From: Acinetobacter sp. c1-l78
GTDB taxonomy: Bacteria > Pseudomonadota > Gammaproteobacteria > Pseudomonadales > Moraxellaceae
NCBI RefSeq assembly: GCF_041928215.1
Contig: NZ_JBHFHK010000014.1
Coordinates: forward strand, 1-24,000
Length of the DNA: 24,000 nt
Reading direction: 5' to 3'
Numbering within the stretch: the first letter of the stretch is position 1; each line of letters opens with the position of its first letter. Below are positions 9,301 to 14,664 of the stretch, in pieces. The notes under the pieces were generated by a model. That model had not been told where the DNA came from. It saw only the letters and a list, made by a program, of their open reading frames with translations, and made no database searches. The translations under genes were made by a program, and so were the position numbers.

Positions 9301-9689
9301 AACTGCTGCATCGGCGCTTTGGTGCGGTTGCTCTTGAATTTGGCCTTGCGCCGTATCCACTCAGCACACTCCTTAGCCACCGCCCGCTGGGTGAGCTTGT
9401 TGCGCAGCTGGATTTCAAACTCGCTGCCGTAGAGGCTGCGCTCGCGGTCGAGCTTGGGGATGTGGAACTCCTTTCGCTCTTTGCGAATCTTGTCGGTGAC
9501 CTCGTTGGCAACAAAGGTGGGCGAGGTGAAGATAAAGTCCAGCTCGTCAATTTTTCCCAGCTCGGCTTTCAGCGCCTCGAAGGCGTACATCGAAAAGCAC
9601 GAGGCCGCGACCTTCAGGCGCGCGCCTGGCCGGAGGGTCTGCTTGAGATCGTCGCCAAGCAACCTGCTGATATTGTCGATCAGTTCCAT
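6390..9689 (-). CDS. SNF2-family (SF2) helicase-related ATPase with an uncharacterised ~250 aa N-terminal domain
   Basis: 1099 aa. Motif I ILADSVGLGKTFTA has GLGKT at 8841-8855. Motif Ia is VLVLCPKKLADNW. Motif II VVIDESHNFRN has DESH at 8586-8597. Motif III is LMLSATPVNN. Motifs IV-VI are KVLIFTAF, LIGTDCISEGQNLQ and HWNPVRIIQRFGRIDRIGS. I found no ATPase or nuclease motif in aa 1-250. Confidence 0.9.
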   Translation of the reverse strand: MELIDNISRLLGDDLKQTLRPGARLKVAASCFSMYAFEALKAELGKIDELDFIFTSPTFVANEVTDKIRKERKEFHIPKLDRERSLYGSEFEIQLRNKLTQRAVAKECAEWIRRKAKFKSNRTKAPMQQFACVQAGGTDTAYMPLHGFTAVDLGYQQGNAVSNLVNKMDEALFAATYLSLFDQIWNDPEKLEDVTVQICEHIASVYQENSPESIYFLMLYNIFNEFLDDIDEDVLPNDRTGYQDTLIWNKLFNYQKDAATGIINKLETYSGCILADSVGLGKTFTALAVIKYYELRNRSVLVLCPKKLADNWLNYNRNLKTNIFARDRFNYDVLCHTDLSRTSGESFGTPLNRINWGNYDLVVIDESHNFRNNDAYKDKETRYQKLMRKVIQEGVKTKVLMLSATPVNNRFTDLRNQLALAYEGNSENLTKKLRTDRSVEEIFRGAQAAFNAWSKLPLEERTARAILDSLDFDFFELLDSVTIARSRKHIQTFYDTKDIGQFPERRKPLSFHCPLTERSDVLGFNEIFEQLSLLKLAVYAPISYILPSRLKKYEEIYDTKVGGKGTLRQADREKSLQALMTVNLLKRLESSVQSFRLTLQSLRANNEATLAKIAAFNQSGGAVTVGDLTEVLEVLDAEDDELPMPGDEIGEIGEIGSKIKISLADMDLPSWEHELKVDLQVIDALLASMNKITPQDDAKLQHLKAQLLGKIANPINPGNRKVLIFTAFADTADYLYANLAPELLATLAIHTAKVTGKGAPQSTIKSKTQKRNYDFQELLTLFSPRSKEKALILPDEPHEVDLLIGTDCISEGQNLQDCDYLINYDIHWNPVRIIQRFGRIDRIGSPNSSIQLVNYWPDISLDEYINLKERVESRMMIADVTATGDDNVLSAQANDVSYRKEQLRRLQEEVIELEDLKTGVSITDLGLNDFRMDLLNYVKAQGELSNVPNGMHAVVPARPEMGLRPGTIFTLRNRNAGISLNQHNRLHPYYLVYINREGEVIHDHTEVKRLLDLVRTCCKGQDKPIVDVCQRFNQETADGRRMQPYSDLLGKSIRSMIEVTEEKDLDSLFSGGKTTALTDTISGLDDFELISFLVIQEAG
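7722..7748 (-). repeat. Perfect 9-bp tandem repeat x3 (gccgatctc on the + strand) inside the helicase gene, encoding (EIG)x3
   Basis: The sequence reads directly as gccgatctc gccgatctc gccgatctc. It translates to the GDEIGEIGEIGSK stretch of the helicase. Confidence 0.95.
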
Positions 9690-9692
9690 CAG

Positions 9693-9893
9693 TCACTTAC
9701 CCCCGAATCCTTGTTGGTCAGATTGGTAGCAATTCATTCGTCCAGGTCGCTGCGATGGAAGCGCCACGTGCCGCCTAGCTTGAAAGCGAGAAGCCTTGCC
9801 TTCGGCTGCGAGACGGTAGACGGTGCGCTTGCCAGCCTTCAAGTAAGCGGCTACCTCGTCCAGAGTCAGGATTTCACCTTCCAAGTCTGCCAT
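9693..9893 (-). pseudogene. Excisionase/MerR-like helix-turn-helix (HTH_17-type) DNA-binding gene, apparently frameshifted
   Basis: The ATG at 9893 follows AAAGGCGAG. The N-terminus MADLEGEILTLDEVAAYLKAGKRTVYRLAAEGK is a typical HTH. After K33 the read frame gives unrelated sequence. The +1 frame instead encodes LLAFKLGGTWRFHRSDLDE, the conserved wing, and then a TGA at 9734-9736. Confidence 0.6.
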
Positions 9894-9965
9894 CGTCTCG
9901 CCTTTGCCGTTGATGAATATAAATTGCCAAGATTTGCCAATTTTTCCATATAACGGCGAATTAGG
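9894..9965 (-). promoter_or_regulatory. Putative promoter/operator region of the HTH-helicase-DUF4391-mod-res operon
   Basis: This AT-rich stretch sits at the head of the operon. TTGCCAA occurs at 9924-9930 and 9934-9940 (TTGGCAA on the coding strand), so the two copies are phased 10 bp apart. A third TTGCC lies at 9904-9908, and there is a TATATT-like element. I could not place a clean -35/-10 pair with 17-bp spacing. Confidence 0.3.
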
Positions 9966-10009
9966 CAAGAGGCTGGGCGAAGAAAAACAGCCAAATCGTC
10001 GAATCGACG

Positions 10010-10079
10010 GACTCAGGAGCCATGCGTTACTATCTGGTTCTGAAAGCGGACGCGGGTTCGGTTCCGTGTTCCGCCACCA
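10010..10079 (+). other. Degenerate tRNA/tmRNA 3'-end-like remnant (possible former attachment-site scar)
   Basis: The sequence gcggacgcgggttcg (10046-10060) followed by ...ccgccacca, ending at 10079, resembles the T-arm/acceptor 3' end GGACGCGGGTTC...CCACCA that I recall from tmRNA and some tRNAs. The 3' half of the T stem and the acceptor complement are not preserved, and no 5' half is present. Confidence 0.35.
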
Positions 10080-10097
10080 TAATGTGAAATCCCAACC

Positions 10098-10215
10098 TGA
10101 ACCGTACCGAGATTGTCGGAGACCCAGAACTCTGAGACAATACCGTTATGAAAAACAAACAATACTCAACTGAAATCAAGACTCGAGCCGTTGAACTACT
10201 CATCGACTCACAAAA
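10098..10215 (+). mobile_element. 118-bp IS3-family end fragment (terminal inverted repeat plus first 23 codons of orfA), cut by the adjacent IS copy
   Basis: The fragment starts TGAACCGTACC and contains an ATG at 10148 encoding MKNKQYSTEIKTRAVELLIDSQK. It aligns to the reverse complement of 11011-11128. There are 5 mismatches in the first 30 nt, followed by 88 identical nt (10128-10215 versus 11011-11098). Confidence 0.85.
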
Positions 10216-10254
10216 TGAACCGTACTAAGAAAATCGGAGACAGATTATCTTGAG

Positions 10255-10764
10255 TCAAGCAGCATAGCTTGACCGATTTAATGAACGATAGTAAATATTT
10301 TCTGCCTCAACAGGTGACAAATATTCATTAGTAGAATGTAATCGTTCATGGTTGTACCAGTGTACCCAATCAAGGGTTGCCGATGCAACATCCTTTACAC
10401 CCTCCCATTCATGTTTAAAATAATCAATTACCTCCGTTTTGTATAGCCCATTCACACTTTCAGCAAGAGCGTTGTCATAAGAATCGCCAGTCGTACCAAC
10501 CGACAATGACACGCTTAAATACGTCAATGACAAAGGCGGTATAGACCCAGCCTGTTTTTGTCTTGATGTGGTGAAATCAGCCACCCATACTTTTTTAATC
10601 CGTGCAAGCAGGTAGCTGTGGTTTTGTTTACGGCGACTTTGTTTTTCTGGGTTGTCCTGTTCGTCTTTGATACGATAGTAGGTGGATGGGGCGATTGGCA
10701 GGATTCTGCAAATCGACTCGACCCCATATAAGGATTTCTCATCATCAATGAATTTGACCATCAC
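10255..10764 (-). pseudogene. IS3-family transposase OrfB remnant (frameshift plus ~0.3 kb internal deletion; middle D of the DDE triad missing)
   Basis: The frame reads ...VWVADFT and then garbles. A shifted frame reads IKTKTGWVYTAFVIDVFKRVIVGW, the expected continuation. The sequence then jumps directly to GTTGDSYDNALAES...LYKTE, the region around the DDE glutamate. The HSDxGxQ-type block is absent. Confidence 0.8.
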
Positions 10765-11078
10765 TTGCGTGGGCGGTCGAGCTCCGCCTGGGCGAAAAAA
10801 GCGGCGGCTTTACGAATGATTTCGTTGGCTTGTTTGAGTTCTTTATTTTCTCGTTCAAGTTCCGCAATGCGAGTAGCCTGGCTTTCAACAGTTACGGTAG
10901 TGGGATTTTGTTTGGCTAGGTGCTTTTGATGCCATGAACGAAGGGTTTCAGGTGTGCATCCGATTTTGGGTGCTATGGCTTGTATGGCTACCCATAGTGT
11001 GGGATAGTCTTTTTGTGAGTCGATGAGTAGTTCAACGGCTCGAGTCTTGATTTCAGTTGAGTATTGTTTGTTTTTCAT
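10761..11078 (-). CDS. IS3-family transposase OrfA (HTH DNA-binding subunit, 105 aa)
   Basis: The sequence is MKNKQYSTEIKTRAVELLIDSQKDYPTLW...ELERENKELKQANEIIRKAAAFFAQAELDRPRK. It has the HTH plus leucine-zipper-like C-terminus typical of IS3 OrfA. It overlaps orfB, which lies in the -1 frame. Confidence 0.85.
   Translation of the reverse strand: MKNKQYSTEIKTRAVELLIDSQKDYPTLWVAIQAIAPKIGCTPETLRSWHQKHLAKQNPTTVTVESQATRIAELERENKELKQANEIIRKAAAFFAQAELDRPRK
10794..10800 (-). promoter_or_regulatory. Candidate -1 programmed ribosomal frameshift heptamer U UUU UUC linking orfA to orfB
   Basis: The minus strand reads GCT TTT TTC in the orfA frame, which fits the X XXY YYZ pattern. The -1 frame is open from here into orfB (..FFRPGGARPPTQVMVKFIDDEK..). 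IS3-family elements classically make OrfAB by -1 frameshifting. Confidence 0.5.
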
Positions 11079-11130
11079 AACGGTATTGTCTCAGAGTTTT
11101 GGGTCTCCGATTTTCTCAGTACGGTTCATT

Positions 11131-11433
11131 ACTTTGGGCTTGATGGTGAATAATACTTTGGTCACAGTGAATCGTTATCTAAATGAAAATGATGCAACAA
11201 TACAACTCACTATTATCAATGCCAAACTGGTAAAAATGACCGATTATTATCAAACATGGCAAATCATTGATAGTAAAAATCCACCTTTAAAACAAGCAGA
11301 TTTTACCATCAACGAACGTTGGCATGGCTATCAAAAAGACATTAAAGTCAATCAAACCTATCAAATTGTCTTGTATCAAGGTCGGTTTGATGATGTGTTT
11401 TTAAAAGAAAATAGCTTTAAAAGTGTCAACTAA
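11131..11433 (+). pseudogene. 5'-truncated chromosomal ORF interrupted by the IS (about 100 codons remain)
   Basis: Track ORF 11023..11433 begins inside the IS and crosses its end at 11128. Only TLGLMVNNTLVTVNRYLNEND...FLKENSFKSVN is chromosomal and low-GC. A hairpin terminator follows. Function is unknown. Confidence 0.35.
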
Positions 11434-11456
11434 TTTTTGAAAATTTAAAACCGTTT

Positions 11457-11483
11457 GAGCGACAAATCAAGTCGCTTATTTTT
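11457..11483 (+). terminator. Rho-independent terminator-like hairpin
   Basis: A 6-bp stem agcgac/gtcgct with loop aaatcaa is followed by tattttt. Confidence 0.5.
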
Positions 11484-11555
11484 AAAGTTTTCATTTTTTT
11501 TCAGTAAAAATATGGCATGATAACACAAATGAAAAATCAACTGAGATAACACAAT

Positions 11556-12884
11556 ATGACTGAAATGAATTGGATACAACTACTCAATGCCAATCGCCTT
11601 GGCAGCCACAAAAGCCATACCGAACAAGCCCGCAGCCCTTTTCATAAAGATTATGATCGGATTATTTTTTCATCCAGTTTTAGACAACTGAACCGTAAAA
11701 CCCAAGTCCATCCATTGACCCAACAAGATGGTATTCATACTCGCCTAACCCACTCGCTAGAAGTGTCTTGTATCGGGCGTTCTTTGGGCATGATGGCAGC
11801 AGAAAAAATCAACCACGCCTTACCCAAATGGATTAGTCCCTATGATGTGGGTGCCAGTATCCAAGCCGCCTGTTTGGCACACGATATTGGCAATCCGCCT
11901 TTTGGACATGCAGGGGAATATGCCATTCGGGATTGGTTTGATGATGCCTACCAACAGCATCCTGATTGGTTTAGTGCTGAACAATGGGCAGATTTGCGTC
12001 AATTTGAAGGCAATGCCCAAGGCTTACGTGTGCTGACACGCCTTGATTATCACCCCAATGATGGCGGTATGCGATTGACTTATGCCACTTTGGGGACGTA
12101 TCTTAAATATCCTTGGTTGAGCCAAGCACAACTCGATGGTGTTGCATCGCATCAACGTGCCAAATTTGGTTGTTATCGCAGTGAAAAAGATTTATTGGCA
12201 AAAATCGCTGAACAACTGGGTCTAATTCAGCTTGGTGAATATCACTATTGCCGTCATCCTTTGAGTTATTTATTGGAAGCAGCCGATGATATTTGCTATG
12301 CCCTGATTGACCTTGAAGATGGCTTAAGCCTACAGATGCTGGATTATGATGAAGTTGAAGGCATTTTGATTGCTTTGCTTGGCGATCGGGGTTTGCCTTT
12401 AGAATTGTCACAAAACACCACTTGGCAACAAAAAATCGCCGCCTTGCGTGGGCGTGCCATGAAACATTTGGTAGAATGCGTCACCGATGCCTTTAAAGCA
12501 CAGCATGACGTACTCTTGCATGGTCAATTACAGCATCATTTATTGCATTATTGCCATCCCGATATCCGCCAAGGTATTCAAGATGCCAAAAATCTCGCTC
12601 GACAAAAACTCTATAATCACCGTAGCAAAGCCGATTTGGAGTTGCTCGCTCATAGTAGCTTACATCAATTATTGCATGCTTTTATTCCCCTTGCCTACCC
12701 ACAGCATCAGGTTAGTTTTAAACAACAACGCATTTTGGTGATTTTACAAAGTCTAGGTATACATTTTGGTGATAATCATTTTGACAACGTGATTGCGGTA
12801 TTGGATATGCTAGCAAAATGTTCCGACCATCAAGCCTATGCTTTGGCTCAAGAGTTACAGGGCAATAAAGTGGGCTTGTTATAA
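11556..12884 (+). CDS. dgt: dGTPase-like HD-domain deoxynucleoside triphosphate triphosphohydrolase
   Basis: 442 aa. It carries SPFHKDYDRIIFSSSFRQLNRKTQV, HTRLTHSLEVSCIGRSLG and AHDIGNPPFGHAGE, which are the classic dGTPase family HD motifs. Confidence 0.85.
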   Translation: MTEMNWIQLLNANRLGSHKSHTEQARSPFHKDYDRIIFSSSFRQLNRKTQVHPLTQQDGIHTRLTHSLEVSCIGRSLGMMAAEKINHALPKWISPYDVGASIQAACLAHDIGNPPFGHAGEYAIRDWFDDAYQQHPDWFSAEQWADLRQFEGNAQGLRVLTRLDYHPNDGGMRLTYATLGTYLKYPWLSQAQLDGVASHQRAKFGCYRSEKDLLAKIAEQLGLIQLGEYHYCRHPLSYLLEAADDICYALIDLEDGLSLQMLDYDEVEGILIALLGDRGLPLELSQNTTWQQKIAALRGRAMKHLVECVTDAFKAQHDVLLHGQLQHHLLHYCHPDIRQGIQDAKNLARQKLYNHRSKADLELLAHSSLHQLLHAFIPLAYPQHQVSFKQQRILVILQSLGIHFGDNHFDNVIAVLDMLAKCSDHQAYALAQELQGNKVGLL

Positions 12885-12954
12885 TTTTTTAAATCTCAAG
12901 CCAGCTTATGCTATAGTGTGGCAGTTTTTTATTGACAACATAGGCTAACAAATC

Positions 12955-13563
12955 ATGATTGGTTATTTAAGTGGTGAAGTGATTTACCTAGAAGCTCCAA
13001 CCGTTATAATACTCAGTCATGGCGTAGGCTATGAAGTAGATGTGCCTTTATCTACCTTTTGTCAATTTAAAAAAGGCGAAACCGTCAAGCTTTGGACGCA
13101 TTTTGTGGTGCGTGAAGATGCTCAGCATTTATATGGTTTTAGCGATATGCAAGAAAAATTTTTGTTCCGCACTTTACTCAAAGTCAATGGTGTTGGGGCA
13201 AAAATGGCATTAGGGATTTTATCTACCTTGAGCGTAGAATTGTTAATTCATAGTATTGAACATGAAGATATTCAAAGCTTGGTCAAAGTCCCAGGGGTCG
13301 GTAAAAAAACCGCAGAACGCTTGGTGATTGAACTGCGTGATCGTTTAAAACAATTGGCAAAAAATGGCAGTAGTCACAATAACTTACCACAAATTGAACG
13401 TTTGCAATTTTTACCTGACTCGCCTGTTGCTGAAGCCGAAGCCGCATTAATGTCTTTGGGCTATAAACCAGCCGAAGCCCAAAAAGCAGTCGCCATGGTC
13501 AAAGCTGATGGCCTAGACAGTGCTGGATTAATCAAAGCTGCCTTAAAAAATATGGTGAAATAA
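12955..13563 (+). CDS. ruvA: Holliday junction branch migration complex subunit RuvA
   Basis: 202 aa. It begins MIGYLSGEV...GVGYEV. It has HhH motifs [17 protein letters not shown] and [19 protein letters not shown]. It lies directly upstream of ruvB with a 1-nt gap. Confidence 0.95.
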   Translation: MIGYLSGEVIYLEAPTVIILSHGVGYEVDVPLSTFCQFKKGETVKLWTHFVVREDAQHLYGFSDMQEKFLFRTLLKVNGVGAKMALGILSTLSVELLIHSIEHEDIQSLVKVPGVGKKTAERLVIELRDRLKQLAKNGSSHNNLPQIERLQFLPDSPVAEAEAALMSLGYKPAEAQKAVAMVKADGLDSAGLIKAALKNMVK

Positions 13564-13564
13564 T

Positions 13565-14572
13565 ATGTATGACCGCCTGATTACTGGACAAGAAAAAGCC
13601 GAAGATCATATCGACCGAGCCATTCGTCCTACCACATTGGCAGATTATATCGGTCAGCCTGTGGTACGTGAGCAAATGGATATTTTTATTCGTGCTGCCC
13701 GTGGACGTGGTGAAGCTTTAGACCATACTTTGATTTTTGGTCCCCCAGGTTTGGGTAAAACTACACTGGCAAATATTATTGCACGTGAGATGGACGGCAA
13801 TCTCAAATCCACATCAGGACCAGTACTGGAACGGGCAGGCGATTTGGCAGCCATGCTGACCAATTTGGAAGAAGGTGATGTGTTATTTATTGATGAAATT
13901 CATCGTTTATCACCCGTGATTGAAGAAATTCTCTATCCTGCCATGGAAGATTATCAATTAGATATTATGATTGGTGAAGGGCCAGCCGCACGTTCGATTA
14001 AGCTCGATTTGCCGCCATTTACTTTGGTTGCAGCCACAACCAGAGCCGGCTTATTGACATCACCTTTGCGTGATCGGTTTGGTATTGTGCAACGTTTGGA
14101 ATTTTATTCGGTTGATGATTTGAGCATTATTGTTGAGCGTTCAGCACGATTAATGAGGGTTGCCATGACTGCACAAGGGGCTTTAGAAATTGCCCGCCGC
14201 TCACGTGGTACGCCACGTATTGCCAATCGTCTATTGCGTCGTGTACGCGATTATGCTGAAGTGCGTGGTACAGGTGAAGTCACACAAGATATGGCACAGC
14301 AAGCCTTGGATATGCTCAATGTCGATAAAGTCGGATTGGATACGTTAGACCATCGTTATTTGTCTATGCTATTAGAACGTTTTAAAGGCGGGCCTGCTGG
14401 TGTGGAAGCATTGGCAGCGTCTATGGCGGAAGACAGTGGCACGCTTGAAGATGTGATTGAGCCATATTTGATGCAACAAGGCTATATTATGCGTACCGCA
14501 CGTGGCCGTATCGCCACGGCTCAAAGTTATCATTTATTTAATTTGCCTATCCCAGACGGTGAAAAAAACTAA
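13565..14572 (+). CDS. ruvB: Holliday junction DNA helicase RuvB (AAA+ ATPase)
   Basis: 335 aa. It has Walker [12 protein letters not shown], Walker [11 protein letters not shown], and [17 protein letters not shown]. Confidence 0.95.
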   Translation: MYDRLITGQEKAEDHIDRAIRPTTLADYIGQPVVREQMDIFIRAARGRGEALDHTLIFGPPGLGKTTLANIIAREMDGNLKSTSGPVLERAGDLAAMLTNLEEGDVLFIDEIHRLSPVIEEILYPAMEDYQLDIMIGEGPAARSIKLDLPPFTLVAATTRAGLLTSPLRDRFGIVQRLEFYSVDDLSIIVERSARLMRVAMTAQGALEIARRSRGTPRIANRLLRRVRDYAEVRGTGEVTQDMAQQALDMLNVDKVGLDTLDHRYLSMLLERFKGGPAGVEALAASMAEDSGTLEDVIEPYLMQQGYIMRTARGRIATAQSYHLFNLPIPDGEKN

Positions 14573-14664
14573 AAACTTGAGCAATATCGCCAAAGTATTT
14601 TTTGCAATCTCGGGTAAAATCAACGCCATTCTGCATCATTTACTTTTGGCTTTTTGGGGGCAAT

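Larger units (their letters stand above)
10216..11128 (-). mobile_element. Defective IS3-family insertion sequence (913 bp, TG...CA termini, 26-bp imperfect terminal inverted repeats)
   Basis: The ends are TGAACCGTACTAAGAAAATCGGAGAC (10216-10241) and the reverse complement of 11103-11128, TGAACCGTACTGAGAAAATCGGAGAC, with 1 mismatch. The element contains orfA and a decayed orfB. It is about 0.3 kb shorter than the usual IS3-family size. The flanks (aaa versus tta) show no direct target duplication. Confidence 0.85.

Noticed and set aside
6390-9689. Calling the helicase N-terminal domain a phospholipase-D-like nuclease.
   Set aside because: I could not find an HxK(x)4D motif in residues 1-250. 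The only near match, FHIPKL, does not fit. The idea is left as an open question rather than a claim.
725-9953. Many long plus-strand ORFs antisense to res, mod and the helicase. Examples are 1676..2857 (393 aa), 3257..3814, 7251..7655, 8349..8795 and 9219..9953. There are also alternative-frame minus-strand ORFs such as 3370..3678, 8758..9138 and 9155..9550.
   Set aside because: They lie entirely within confidently assigned genes in a high-GC region, where stop codons are rare in off-frames. Their translations are low-complexity and rich in R, A, L and V, with no recognisable motifs.
9975-10010. Similarity of gaatcgacgg (10001-10010) to the conserved GGATTCGACGGG element of the tmRNA 5' end. 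This would suggest a miniature tRNA-like domain.
   Set aside because: The candidate 5' acceptor strand (gggcgaa, 9975-9981) pairs with the 3' strand ttccgcc at only 5 of 7 positions. It also lies at the wrong distance. No consistent cloverleaf could be drawn by hand.
9904-10173. 89-aa plus-strand ORF spanning the operon leader, the tRNA/tmRNA-like remnant and the IS fragment.
   Set aside because: It crosses three unrelated sequence modules, has no RBS and has no recognisable protein features.
1-11128. Composite transposon carrying the defence operon between two IS copies.
   Set aside because: The left-hand transposase-like start (1-93) and the right-hand IS3-family elements share no sequence that I can see. 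No matching terminal repeats or target duplications bracket the block.
11023-11433. 136-aa plus-strand ORF from the track treated as an intact gene.
   Set aside because: Its first 35 codons are antisense to IS orfA and cross the IS terminus at 11128. It is a chimeric reading frame, and only the part after 11131 is chromosomal.
11556-12884. dGTPase-like gene next to the island as an anti-phage dNTP-depletion defence gene.
   Set aside because: It has host-like low GC. It sits in a conserved housekeeping context upstream of ruvAB and has the standard Dgt-family motifs. Nothing in the sequence ties it to the foreign block.
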